From positions 96,001 through 160,000 of the forward strand of contig JBDONT010000043.1 of NCBI GenBank assembly GCA_039831155.1: a stretch of 64,000 bases of DNA, given 5' to 3'. A program made the position numbers and the translations under genes. Below, in pieces: positions 10,228 to 19,717 of this stretch. The notes beneath the pieces were generated by a model. That model searched no databases. It was not told the origin of the DNA and saw only the letters and a list, made by a program, of their open reading frames with translations. The first letter of the stretch is position 1, and each line of letters opens with the position of its first letter. The stretch is from Nautiliaceae bacterium (GTDB taxonomy: Bacteria; Campylobacterota; Campylobacteria; Campylobacterales; Nautiliaceae).

Positions 10228-11358
10228 ATGAAAGTGGAAATTAAAAAAGAGGGGTATTTAAAATTAAAAAAACGTTTGCCTTGGCTTTATAAAAACGAGA
10301 TTGTACAAATACCTAAATGCGATAAGGGAAGTATTGCGGATTTGGTTTATAAAGGTGAATTTGTTGCAAAAGCCTTTATAAATCCTTTAAGTAAGATTAC
10401 AGCTAGGGTTTTGAGTTTTGAGAATGAAAATATAGACAGTGAGTTTTTTAAAGAGCGTATAAAAAAGGCTGTTTATAAAAGAAGATTTAATAATACCGAT
10501 TCGTTTAGATTAATTCACAGTGAAGCCGATTTTTTACCGGGGCTTATCGTGGATAAATACGGAGATAATTTGGTTGTTAGTTTTACGAGTGCCGGAATGG
10601 ATAATTTTAAAGGTGTGATTATTCAGAGTCTTATTGATATTTTATCTCCTAAAGGAATTTATGAAAAAGGGGATAAAATAAGAGAGAAAGAGGGATTGGA
10701 GGTTGAATCTTATACGTTATACGGAGAAGTTGATGATGAGTTTGTGATTGTTGAAAATTCTAAAAAATTTTTAACTCATTTAAAAGAGGGGCAAAAGACT
10801 GGATTTTTCTTAGACCAGAGAAAAAACAGAGAAATAGTAGGAAATTACGGAAATAAAAAAACTCTTGATTTGTTTGCCAATGCCGGTGGATTTGGGATAT
10901 ATGCAAATGCCGAATATACTAAATTCGTAGAAATTTCCCCTCTTGCTTGTTCTCAAATAGAGAAAAACTGCGAATTAAATTCACTAAAAAACTATGAAAT
11001 TATAAAAGCCGATGTTTTTAAGTTTTTAGAGAGTGAAAAAGAAAAGTATGATTTAATTATAGTAGACCCTCCGGCTTTTGCAAAAAATAAAAAAGCAAGA
11101 ATAGGAGCTATTAAAGGGTGGAAATATTTAATAGTAAATTCTCTTAAACTCTTAGAAAAAGAAGGATATTTGGTTCTTTTTAGCTGTTCTCATTCTATTA
11201 CGAGTAAAGATTTGCTTGATTTGGCGTTAAGTAGCAGTATTATAGATAATAGTTATTTGGAAGTTGTTGAATTTTTAAAGCAGGATGTCGACCACCCTTA
11301 TATGTTAAATATTCCAAACTCTTTATATTTAACCGGTGTGTTGTTAAGAAAAGTTTAA
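10228..11358 (+). CDS. RlmI-like class I SAM-dependent rRNA methyltransferase
   Basis: PUA-like N-terminus, LPGLIVDKY, GQKTGFFLDQR, DPPAFAK, FSCS. Confidence 0.88.
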   Translation: MKVEIKKEGYLKLKKRLPWLYKNEIVQIPKCDKGSIADLVYKGEFVAKAFINPLSKITARVLSFENENIDSEFFKERIKKAVYKRRFNNTDSFRLIHSEADFLPGLIVDKYGDNLVVSFTSAGMDNFKGVIIQSLIDILSPKGIYEKGDKIREKEGLEVESYTLYGEVDDEFVIVENSKKFLTHLKEGQKTGFFLDQRKNREIVGNYGNKKTLDLFANAGGFGIYANAEYTKFVEISPLACSQIEKNCELNSLKNYEIIKADVFKFLESEKEKYDLIIVDPPAFAKNKKARIGAIKGWKYLIVNSLKLLEKEGYLVLFSCSHSITSKDLLDLALSSSIIDNSYLEVVEFLKQDVDHPYMLNIPNSLYLTGVLLRKV

Positions 11359-11367
11359 AGGAAGAAA

Positions 11368-11826
11368 ATGGAAGAGTTAAAAAACGATAAATTTACTCAA
11401 ATAGGGCTTTATTTTTTGTTTAAGTCTTATGATAAGAAAAGTTTAGAAGAATTTCTAAAAGAGTATTCACTAGAAGATTTAATAAAGTATTACGATAAAT
11501 TTAACACTTTGTATTTAGATGAAGATGAGCTTTTTAATTATTTTGACGGGGATTATGAAAAAGTGGCTAAAGATTTGGCTCTTTTTTTCGCTCCTTTTTT
11601 ACCGGAAGATTTTATAATGAGTAAAGATTTGGAAAAATTAAAATCCGATTTATCTAAAATTTACGGGGATGAAATAGCTGATGCCATTGTTAAGGCGTTG
11701 GAGATTTTGAGTTTGTTGGGAATGGATTATGATATTAAAGAAAAAAAGTATCTTTTAAAAGAAGTTTTTAAGATTATGCATCTTTTGGCAAAAATTTTAA
11801 AAATCTTAAAGGTAAATGATGCTTGA
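11368..11826 (+). CDS. Hypothetical protein
   Basis: 152-aa ORF with AAGGA RBS inside the operon. Confidence 0.65.
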   Translation: MEELKNDKFTQIGLYFLFKSYDKKSLEEFLKEYSLEDLIKYYDKFNTLYLDEDELFNYFDGDYEKVAKDLALFFAPFLPEDFIMSKDLEKLKSDLSKIYGDEIADAIVKALEILSLLGMDYDIKEKKYLLKEVFKIMHLLAKILKILKVNDA

Positions 11827-13606
11827 AAATTTGCAAAAATATATAAAAATAATTGATACCCCGCTTGATATTAATCTCGAAATCCCTCACCTTGCATATA
11901 TTGAAGCAAAAAAGAAAAATCCGAAAATTTTAATGTTTACAAACCCAATGAAAAATGGTAAAAAGTTTGATATTCCGGTTGTTATGAATATTTTTGCAAA
12001 CGATGAGGTTGTAAGAGATATTTTTGGAAGGGATTTAGAAGAGATTGCTAAAGAGATTGAAGAGCTTATAAAAATGAAACCGCCAAAAACTCTATCTGAA
12101 AAATTAAAAGCGTTTGGTAAGCTTTTTGCCATTAAAAACACTATCCCAAAAAGAGTAAAAGAAGCAGAGTGTCAGTATTATATTTATGAAGGTGAAGCGG
12201 CAACTCTTGATAAACTCCCAATTCTTAAAACTTGGGAACTTGATGGCGGTAAGTTTATTACAATGGGTCAGGTTTATACAAAAAGCCTTGATGGAAGTGT
12301 TAGGAATGTCGGGATGTATAGATTGCAAGTTTATGATAATAAACGCCTCGGACTTCACTGGCAAATTCATAAAGACTCAGCTCATCTATTTTGGGAGTAT
12401 AAAAAAGCTGGCCGCAAGATGCCTGTTAGTATTGCTATTGGAGGTGACCCTCTTTTTACTTGGTGTGCAACAGCCCCTATGCCTCCCGGAATTTTTGAAG
12501 TTATGCTTTATGGGTTTATAAGAAGAAAAAATCCTCGTCTTGTCAAGTGCATAAGCAATGACTTAGAAGTCCCAGCAGATGCCGATATTGTTATTGAGGG
12601 GTGGTGTGACCCAAGTGAAATGGAAATTGAAGGGATGTTTGGCGACCATACGGGATACTATACTCTTAAAAAACCTTTTCCAGTGATGCACGTTGAAACA
12701 ATTACAACTAAAAAAGACCCAGTGTATTACGCAACGGTTGTTGGAAAACCTCCACTGGAAGACAAGTATATGGGGTATGCAACTGAGAGGATATTTTTGC
12801 CGCTTTTAAAAACGACAGCCCCGGATTTAATTGATTATGCAATGCCAGAAAATGGAGTCTTTCATAATTTAATTCTTTGTAAAATAGCTCCAAGATATCC
12901 AGGACACAGCCTTCAAATTATGCATAGTTTGTGGGGAGTTGGGCAGATGAGCTTTGTAAAACACGCTATTTTTGTTAATGAAGATGCTCCGGACTTAAGA
13001 GATTATGAAAAAATAACCGAATATATTCTAAATCATTTTGACCCTAAAAATTTACTTATCAGTAAAGGAATAGTAGATGAGCTTGACCATTCAAGTATTA
13101 AAGAGCTTGTAGGAGGAAAGCTTGGAATTGATGCTACAAAAGAGGCAAAAGAGATTGATATTGAGATTTTAGATGATAAAGAGCTTTTTGGCAAAATTAA
13201 AGAGCTTGATGATAATGTGGAAGAGATTAAGCAATATATGACTCATACTAAAAATCCAATTTGCGTTATAAAATACAAAAAAACAAAAAGAGCCCGTGAA
13301 ATTTTTGATAAATTAAAAGCACTAAAAAGACATCTTAGAATTGTAGTGTTTATCAATACCCCTGAGACTTTTAACCCTTATATGTTAATTTGGAGAGTAA
13401 CAAATAATATTGATGCGTTGCGTGATGTGTGGATTGAAGAGATTATCGGGGTTGATGGGACAAATAAAGATAAAAACATTGATGATTTTGATAGAGAGTG
13501 GCCTCCTGATGTTGATACCACAAAAGAAGTGATTGAAAAATTAAAAAATCTTGGGCTAATTGAAGGGATAAGCGAAGAGGAGCTTAAGAGATATCAGGTT
13601 ATATAA
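11816..13606 (+). CDS. UbiD-family decarboxylase, menaquinone (futalosine pathway) type
   Basis: RNVGMYRLQ, HWQIHKD, EGMFGDHTGYY, VVGKPPLED, GGKLGIDAT, plus the long C-terminal extension. Confidence 0.9.
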   Translation: MMLENLQKYIKIIDTPLDINLEIPHLAYIEAKKKNPKILMFTNPMKNGKKFDIPVVMNIFANDEVVRDIFGRDLEEIAKEIEELIKMKPPKTLSEKLKAFGKLFAIKNTIPKRVKEAECQYYIYEGEAATLDKLPILKTWELDGGKFITMGQVYTKSLDGSVRNVGMYRLQVYDNKRLGLHWQIHKDSAHLFWEYKKAGRKMPVSIAIGGDPLFTWCATAPMPPGIFEVMLYGFIRRKNPRLVKCISNDLEVPADADIVIEGWCDPSEMEIEGMFGDHTGYYTLKKPFPVMHVETITTKKDPVYYATVVGKPPLEDKYMGYATERIFLPLLKTTAPDLIDYAMPENGVFHNLILCKIAPRYPGHSLQIMHSLWGVGQMSFVKHAIFVNEDAPDLRDYEKITEYILNHFDPKNLLISKGIVDELDHSSIKELVGGKLGIDATKEAKEIDIEILDDKELFGKIKELDDNVEEIKQYMTHTKNPICVIKYKKTKRAREIFDKLKALKRHLRIVVFINTPETFNPYMLIWRVTNNIDALRDVWIEEIIGVDGTNKDKNIDDFDREWPPDVDTTKEVIEKLKNLGLIEGISEEELKRYQVI

Positions 13607-13898
13607 GGATACCTTTTATATACTCTTCTAGTTTTTTTAGTTCTTCTTTGTCTTCACCTTCAAAAATCATTTCTATAATTATGTTGTTTGTTGTATAGAT
13701 AAAAATGCTAAATTCCGGTTTTATAGGATTTTGAAGGTTTCTTTTTACCGTAAAAAAGCTAATAGCATCTCTTTTTAGCTTCATCTCTTCTACTTCTTTA
13801 TCATCGATTTTTATGATAGAATTAATTTCACTTTCGTTGTTTGATTTAATAGAGAGTGCGTTTGGAGTTAAAAGTTCTATTAAATTGATATAATTCAT
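13599..13898 (-). CDS. Hypothetical protein
   Basis: 99-aa ORF with AAGGA RBS. Confidence 0.6.
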   Translation of the reverse strand: MNYINLIELLTPNALSIKSNNESEINSIIKIDDKEVEEMKLKRDAISFFTVKRNLQNPIKPEFSIFIYTTNNIIIEMIFEGEDKEELKKLEEYIKGILI

Positions 13899-13938
13899 TT
13901 CAAATCCTTTTTTTTAAAATTATACTAAGGAGTCGGAA

Positions 13939-14781
13939 ATTAAGCAAATAATTAATGAAATAGAAAAAATAATAAAAGGCAAAAGGAAAAAAATAGAGAT
14001 AATTCTTAGTGCCTTTTTTGCTTCGGAAAATGTACTTATAGAAGATGTGCCTGGGGTTGGGAAAACCACAATTGCAAAAACCATCTCAAAAGTTCTTGGG
14101 CTTGAGTTTAAAAGAATTCAGTTTACTGCAGATATGCTTCCAAGTGATATAGTAGGTGTTAACTATTTTGACGTAAATAAGCAAGAGTTTGTTTTTAAAA
14201 AGGGTCCTGTGTTTTCTGAAATAGTTTTAGCCGATGAAATAAACAGAGCCTCTCCGAAAGCCCAAAGTGCACTTCTAGAAGCTATGGAAGAGAAGCAAGT
14301 CAGTATAGACGGGGTTACTTATAAACTTCCGAAACACTTTTTTGTAATAGCCACTCAAAACCCTATCGAACACGGGATTTATCCTCTTCCTCTTTCCCAA
14401 ATAGACAGATTCGGAGTTAGTCTCTCAATCGGTTATCCTCAAAAAGAGTTTGAAAAAAAGATTCTTTTAAAAGAAAAAATTGAAGTCCAAAGCCTTGATT
14501 TAAATATAGACTTCATAAAAGAAAAAATAAAAAACGTATATGTGGATGAAAAGATTGTGGATATGATTTTGGGAATAGGGGAAATTAGCAGAAGAGAGTA
14601 TGAAATAGGTTTATCAACCAGAGCTTTGATTTCTATGCTTAATGTTTTAAAAGCTTATGTTTATATAAAAGAAAAAGAGTTTGCAATAGACCAGTATGTC
14701 GTTGATATATTGCCTTATTGTGTAAACCATAGATTAAAAGATGAAAATGCTCATAAAAAAATTATTCAAGCCCTCTATTAA
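13939..14781 (+). CDS. MoxR-family AAA+ ATPase, probable ATT start at 13939
   Basis: VLIEDVPGVGKT, RIQFTADMLPSD, LADEINRASPKAQSALLEAM, ATQNP. The frame is open back to a stop at 13915-13917, and AAGGAG lies 6 nt before the ATT. Confidence 0.85.
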   Translation: MKQIINEIEKIIKGKRKKIEIILSAFFASENVLIEDVPGVGKTTIAKTISKVLGLEFKRIQFTADMLPSDIVGVNYFDVNKQEFVFKKGPVFSEIVLADEINRASPKAQSALLEAMEEKQVSIDGVTYKLPKHFFVIATQNPIEHGIYPLPLSQIDRFGVSLSIGYPQKEFEKKILLKEKIEVQSLDLNIDFIKEKIKNVYVDEKIVDMILGIGEISRREYEIGLSTRALISMLNVLKAYVYIKEKEFAIDQYVVDILPYCVNHRLKDENAHKKIIQALY

Positions 14782-15487
14782 AGTTAGAAAAACCAAATAT
14801 TTTTATTTGGTTATTTTATTTATGCTTTTACTTTTTGGGGCTAGTTATGTTCATAACAATAATATAGCCTATATAGGACTTTTTTTGGTTTTTGGTGTAA
14901 GTTTTGTTTCGGTAATTATAGGTAGAATTAATATCAAAAAAGCAAAATATAAACCCCTGCCTCAAAGGGTTTTTACTAATTCTTGGGTGGATTTGAAGCT
15001 TATAAAAGATGGGGAGTTTTTTGCAGATGTAAAGAGTAGGGTGTTTTTAAAAAAAAGAGGATTTAATAAAATAAAATTAAAAGTAAAAAGCGACTATCCT
15101 TTGAAGCTGGCTTATTTTATAAAAGAGATAGAAGTTGAGTTGCTGGTTTATCCTCAGCTTAAAGGGAAATCTCTTTTATCTTACGGTAAAGATATGGAAT
15201 TTAGAGGGCTTAAGAAATATTACTACAACGAACCCAAATATATCCACTGGCCGTCTTTTGCCAAAGGAGATTTGCAAGTTAAGGTATTCGGAAGTGAAGG
15301 AGAGGGGGAGAGTGTTTTTTATTATGAAAAGATACCTGGAGATAAAGAGAGTAAAATTTCTCAACTTGCTTTATGGGCTTATGAAGGGTTTAAAAACGGA
15401 GTGAAATTTAAAATAATTTTTCCTGATAAGGAGATATCTTATAAAGAGGGGTTTGATGAAGTATTTAAAACACTTGCAACCTATTGA
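14741..15487 (+). CDS. DUF58-domain protein
   Basis: EFRGLKKY...KYIHWPSFAK motif, N-terminal TMs, follows MoxR. Confidence 0.8.
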   Translation: MKMLIKKLFKPSIKVRKTKYFYLVILFMLLLFGASYVHNNNIAYIGLFLVFGVSFVSVIIGRINIKKAKYKPLPQRVFTNSWVDLKLIKDGEFFADVKSRVFLKKRGFNKIKLKVKSDYPLKLAYFIKEIEVELLVYPQLKGKSLLSYGKDMEFRGLKKYYYNEPKYIHWPSFAKGDLQVKVFGSEGEGESVFYYEKIPGDKESKISQLALWAYEGFKNGVKFKIIFPDKEISYKEGFDEVFKTLATY

Positions 15488-17171
15488 TATTTTAATATTT
15501 TTGACTTTTTTTCCTTTTTGGTTTGTTTTACCTTTTTTGGTAAAAGTTTTTGCAATAGTGGGGATTTATTTGGTTTATAAAAAATCTACTGCTCTTTTGG
15601 CTTTTTTGGGGGCTTTTAGTATTATGTTGTCTTTTTACAATTTTTGGGAGCTTAGGGATTTTAGGGTTTATATTCTCTTTTTGGTTTCAATGCTTTTGTG
15701 GGGAGTTTATTTGCAAAGGACAAAAGAGGAGAATTTTTATTTAAGACTCTCTCCCGTTTTGTTTTTTTTAATGAGTGTAGTCTTTTTTCAAAATATTTAT
15801 ATGGCTTTTTATGTTGTTTTTGAGGTGTTTGTTTTTGTAGTGGTGGTTTTAACCGGATATATGGATTTAAAAAAGGCTTTAAAAAAAGCCGGGGTTATTT
15901 TTGCTTTTTCTTTTCCTATAGGCGTGGTGCTTTTTTTGGTGTTTCCCAGAATTCATCAGACTCATTTTGTATTTGGATTTGAAGATAAAAACGTTTATAG
16001 TGGATTTAGTAAGAATGTGGATACTTCTTTAAAAGATGTTAAGTTAAACAGTTTTTTAGTTGCCGAATTTAAACTCTCTAAAGATTATAAAAGAGTCTAT
16101 TTAAGAGGTAATGTTTTAAATGAGTTTAAAAACGGAATTTGGTATGAGGGAAAAAGCGTAAAAGATAAACTTATTAAAATCTCCGAACTTGAAGTATATT
16201 ACCTAAAACAGACTCCCACAAACGATAAGTATATTTTTGCAGTTGATTTACCGATAGAGAGTGATTACGGAAAAATTAATAAAAATTTTGTTTTAGTATC
16301 TAAAAGCGTAATAAAAAGACCTCTTTTTATTCAGATAACTTCTGCTATAAACCCTATATACGGGCCTGTTGTTTATCCTTATAACGATTTGGCTTATGAT
16401 AAAAGTAAAAACTTAAAAATACAAAAGCTTATAAAAAATATAAAATTAAAAAGCGATAAAGAAAAACTAAAAGAGATAATTAAGCTTTTTAAATCCCAAA
16501 AGCTAAAATACTCTTTAAAAGCTAATTTGGACTCTTTAAATATCGTTGATACTTTGTTTGAAAAAAAGAGAGGCTATTGTGTGCATTTTGCGTCGGCTTT
16601 TGCTATTTTAGCCAGAATGGTAGGGCTTCCTAGCAGAATTGTAAACGGATTTGTTGCTAAAAAATCTATAAACGGGTATTATAAGGTTTATTCAAAAGAC
16701 GCTCATACGTGGGTTGAAGTGCTTGTTGATAACAGATGGATAAGAGTTGACCCCACTCTTTTTACTTATAATCATAAATCTACAAAAAAACAAAAGAGTT
16801 TTTCAGTTTCTGAATATCTCTCTTATGTGAAGTTTTTATTGGAAGAGTGGATTTTAAGGTATGACGTTACGAAGCAAAAGAGATTTTTTGCGTTTTTTAA
16901 AATAAATTTTATTTATTTTTTTGGCTTGGTTGTTGTGGTTTTAGGGGTGTTTTTGTTGTTTAGAGGTTTTAAGAAAAAGTCTCTTTTAGAGCCTCTTTTT
17001 AAGAAGATAGGAAGACCTCATAAAGAGAGCATATATAGTTTCTTAAAAAGTTTCAATAATGAAAAACTTGACGAAATTAACGAACTTTATCATAAAATTA
17101 CATACTATAAAGCTACAAAAGAAGATATAAAAAAACTAAAAAAACTGATTAAGGAGTTTAAGTGGACTTAA
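15453..17171 (+). CDS. Membrane transglutaminase-like protein (TgpA type)
   Basis: RGYCVHFASAFAILAR, DAHTWVEV and WIRVDPT supply the Cys-His-Asp triad; N-terminal TMs. Confidence 0.88.
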   Translation: MMKYLKHLQPIDILIFLTFFPFWFVLPFLVKVFAIVGIYLVYKKSTALLAFLGAFSIMLSFYNFWELRDFRVYILFLVSMLLWGVYLQRTKEENFYLRLSPVLFFLMSVVFFQNIYMAFYVVFEVFVFVVVVLTGYMDLKKALKKAGVIFAFSFPIGVVLFLVFPRIHQTHFVFGFEDKNVYSGFSKNVDTSLKDVKLNSFLVAEFKLSKDYKRVYLRGNVLNEFKNGIWYEGKSVKDKLIKISELEVYYLKQTPTNDKYIFAVDLPIESDYGKINKNFVLVSKSVIKRPLFIQITSAINPIYGPVVYPYNDLAYDKSKNLKIQKLIKNIKLKSDKEKLKEIIKLFKSQKLKYSLKANLDSLNIVDTLFEKKRGYCVHFASAFAILARMVGLPSRIVNGFVAKKSINGYYKVYSKDAHTWVEVLVDNRWIRVDPTLFTYNHKSTKKQKSFSVSEYLSYVKFLLEEWILRYDVTKQKRFFAFFKINFIYFFGLVVVVLGVFLLFRGFKKKSLLEPLFKKIGRPHKESIYSFLKSFNNEKLDEINELYHKITYYKATKEDIKKLKKLIKEFKWT

Positions 17172-17797
17172 AAGAGATATTTTTATTTAAAGGTTTAAGT
17201 GAGGAGGAGTTAAGAGAGATTGAGAGTTTTTCTATTTTAAAACATCTTAAAAAAGATGAGGTGGTGTTTTATGAAAAGGAAAATCCGAGTTATTTACATC
17301 TTTTATTAAAAGGAAGTGCAAGGGTGTATAAAGTGGATAATAAAGGAAATGAACTTATTATCCATAAATTTATGCCGATTTCGTTAATAGCCGAACTTGC
17401 CAATTTCGAAAACATTCCTTATCCGGCTAACTGTGCTATGGATAGTGACGGAATGATTTTAAAAATAGAGTTTGAGAAGTTTAAAAAATTTATGAAAAGT
17501 GGGGATGTCTGTTTTTCCATAATGAGTTCTTTACTTAAAAAAATGAAATTTTTAGACGGGATTATCCAAGATAATCTTATTTTAGATACAGAAACAAAAA
17601 TCGCTAAGTTTATTTATGAAAACGAAAAACTTTTTTCTGAATTAAAACAGCATAATATAGCTGCTATTTTAAATATAAAGCCCGAAACCCTAAGCAGAAA
17701 ATTAAAAAAATTTAAAGAGTTGGGAATTATCGAAAATAGAGGCAGTAAGCTTATAGTAAAAGATAAAGAAAAAATTAAACAATATTTTAGTTGGTAG
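17162..17797 (+). CDS. Crp/Fnr-family transcriptional regulator (HcpR/NssR/Dnr-like)
   Basis: cNMP-fold AELANF..PYPA, HTH IAAILNIKPETLSR, no FNR-type N-terminal Cys cluster. Confidence 0.9.
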   Translation: MDLKEIFLFKGLSEEELREIESFSILKHLKKDEVVFYEKENPSYLHLLLKGSARVYKVDNKGNELIIHKFMPISLIAELANFENIPYPANCAMDSDGMILKIEFEKFKKFMKSGDVCFSIMSSLLKKMKFLDGIIQDNLILDTETKIAKFIYENEKLFSELKQHNIAAILNIKPETLSRKLKKFKELGIIENRGSKLIVKDKEKIKQYFSW

Positions 17798-18164
17798 CAT
17801 TTATCATTTTAAAAAATCCTGCTGTTACCGTATCTATGGTGTTTATATGGTTGTGAAGCCAAGGGATAAAGGTTTTTATTAGGTACTTTTTTAACTCTTC
17901 TTTATCTTCTGTATTTAGATTTTTTAATTCGTTTAAGATTCTGTCGTGTTCCGTTTTGTGAGGAATATAGGCAAAAAAATTATATTTTTGCATAAGATTT
18001 TCTTCAAACGCAAAGTGTTCTTTAACATCTTTTAAAAACTCTTCAAACGCTTTATTTACATCTAGATTTTTTTCTATAGCTTCTAGGAGATTTTTTAGAT
18101 ATGTTATTTCTCTTTGATGAATTTCGTTCATCGGTTCAAAAGCTACTAATGAAATTTCAAACAT
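17787..18164 (-). CDS. Bacteriohemerythrin
   Basis: H..E, HFAFEENLM, HKTEH and WLHNHI..ID di-iron ligand pattern. Confidence 0.88.
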   Translation of the reverse strand: MFEISLVAFEPMNEIHQREITYLKNLLEAIEKNLDVNKAFEEFLKDVKEHFAFEENLMQKYNFFAYIPHKTEHDRILNELKNLNTEDKEELKKYLIKTFIPWLHNHINTIDTVTAGFFKMINATN

Positions 18165-18217
18165 TTAAAACCTTTTTTTTAAATTGAGGCAAAAAGCCCC
18201 GAAGGAGGATTGCGTGA

Positions 18218-19639
18218 TTAACTAGCTAATTCTGTTCCGAAATCTTTGTGGATGTCTCCACTTATTACACCGAAATTGAAGTTTTCAACTAAGAAGTTTA
18301 CAATAGCTTCATCTGCAAATTGAGGAGCGTTTGGTCCGATTAAAATATCTTTTATTCCAAGGCTTAGCAATGCTAAAAGAATAATAATCGCTTTTTGCTC
18401 CATCCATAAAAGTGCAATTGATACCGGTAAATCGTTTACGTCTTCCACACCTAAAGTATTCGCCACGGCAAGTGCTATATGAACGGCTCCATTGGAATCG
18501 TTACATTGACCAAGGTCTATGTATCTAGGGATATCGGTACCAGGTACTGTTCCGAAGTCCACATCGTTAAATCTGAATTTACCACAGCTTGATGTAATGA
18601 TAATATGGTCTTTCGGTACTGCAAGAGCCAGTTCTCTAAAGTAATCTCTTTTTCTACCAGGTGCGTCACATCCGGCTATTACCCATACTCTTTTTAGTTT
18701 TCCTTTATTTATGGCTTCTAAAATTTTAGCTCCGTATACATCAAGAACGGTTTTATAATGATGTCCGGTTTTGATTTTTTCATCACTCTCAAACCCTGTT
18801 ACATCCGGAAGTTCTAAAGTATGGTCGATTAACGGGTCGAAATTGTCGTTTTCAATTTTTTTGGCACCTTCAATTCCTACGATTTTGTAAGTATAAAGTC
18901 TATCGATATAGTTTTTAACTTTTGGTGATTTTTCCGGTGGTACGATACAGTTGGTGTTTACTACACAAGTTCCGTTCCATTTAGAAAAAATATCTGTTTG
19001 GTCAAACCACGCTTTACCGATGTTACCTTTTAGGTTTTTGAATTTTCTAAGATGTGGATATCCGTGTGCCGGTAACATTTCAGAGTGAGTGTATACGTTT
19101 ATTTTATCGGATAAACCTCTCTCTTCAATTCTTTTTAGAAGTTTTTCAAGCATATCAAGGTTGTGACCTGAAACTAAAATTCCTTTTCCTTCAGCTTTAT
19201 TTTGAGTAACTTCTACCGGAGTTGGAATTCCTAGTGCTTTTGTGTGAAGGTCGGATAATAAATCCATAACTTTTACACCGGCGTTTCCTACTTTCATAAG
19301 CTGTTGAATGTGCTCATCAAAGTTGAAGTTTACGTTTGTTAGAGTAAAATATAAAGTTTCGCTTGTTACATCGTCGATTTCAAGCATTGTTTTCCAGTCG
19401 TTGTCATTACCGAATTTTTCGATAAGTTCTCTTGCGTGTTCTCTATATGCGGATAAACCTCTAAGACCGTAAGTCATTAAATCTTGAAGTCTTGCTTTTG
19501 TAGATGTTTTACCGCATACACCTTTGCTCTCACCATGGCTACCACATCCACCAGGTGCACTCATCTCACATTGCCAACATAAAAATTGTAAATCACAAGA
19601 TTTTGAAGGTTCTTCTTTTTTTCCGAATAATCCGAACAT
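18218..19639 (-). CDS. hcp: Hybrid cluster protein (short form)
   Basis: CWQCE...C...GVCGK, VSGHNL, YTHSEMLPAHGYP, AGCD, CGKFRFN, DLGQCND, WMEQKA. Confidence 0.95.
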   Translation of the reverse strand: MFGLFGKKEEPSKSCDLQFLCWQCEMSAPGGCGSHGESKGVCGKTSTKARLQDLMTYGLRGLSAYREHARELIEKFGNDNDWKTMLEIDDVTSETLYFTLTNVNFNFDEHIQQLMKVGNAGVKVMDLLSDLHTKALGIPTPVEVTQNKAEGKGILVSGHNLDMLEKLLKRIEERGLSDKINVYTHSEMLPAHGYPHLRKFKNLKGNIGKAWFDQTDIFSKWNGTCVVNTNCIVPPEKSPKVKNYIDRLYTYKIVGIEGAKKIENDNFDPLIDHTLELPDVTGFESDEKIKTGHHYKTVLDVYGAKILEAINKGKLKRVWVIAGCDAPGRKRDYFRELALAVPKDHIIITSSCGKFRFNDVDFGTVPGTDIPRYIDLGQCNDSNGAVHIALAVANTLGVEDVNDLPVSIALLWMEQKAIIILLALLSLGIKDILIGPNAPQFADEAIVNFLVENFNFGVISGDIHKDFGTELAS

Positions 19640-19670
19640 TTTTTGCTCCTTAAGTTTTTCTTACAGGAGC

Positions 19671-19712
19671 ATTGTAAACTATTTAAAAAATTAAATCATT
19701 GATTTTAATCAA
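19671..19712 (-). promoter_or_regulatory. FNR/Dnr-type box with class II promoter geometry upstream of hcp
   Basis: Perfect TTGAT-N4-ATCAA at 19699-19712 and -10 TACAAT at 19671-19676 on the minus strand. The box centre is about 41-42 nt from the inferred TSS near 19664. Confidence 0.8.
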
Positions 19713-19717
19713 TAGAG

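Noticed and set aside
12100-13600. Apparent codon-usage shift (more CCA/ACA) within the UbiD gene, suggesting a recombined tract
   Set aside because: Visual impression only; it needs a computed codon or k-mer scan.
18186-18215. Hairpin with TTCG loop between hcp and hemerythrin as a terminator
   Set aside because: The core stem is only about 3 bp; too weak to call.
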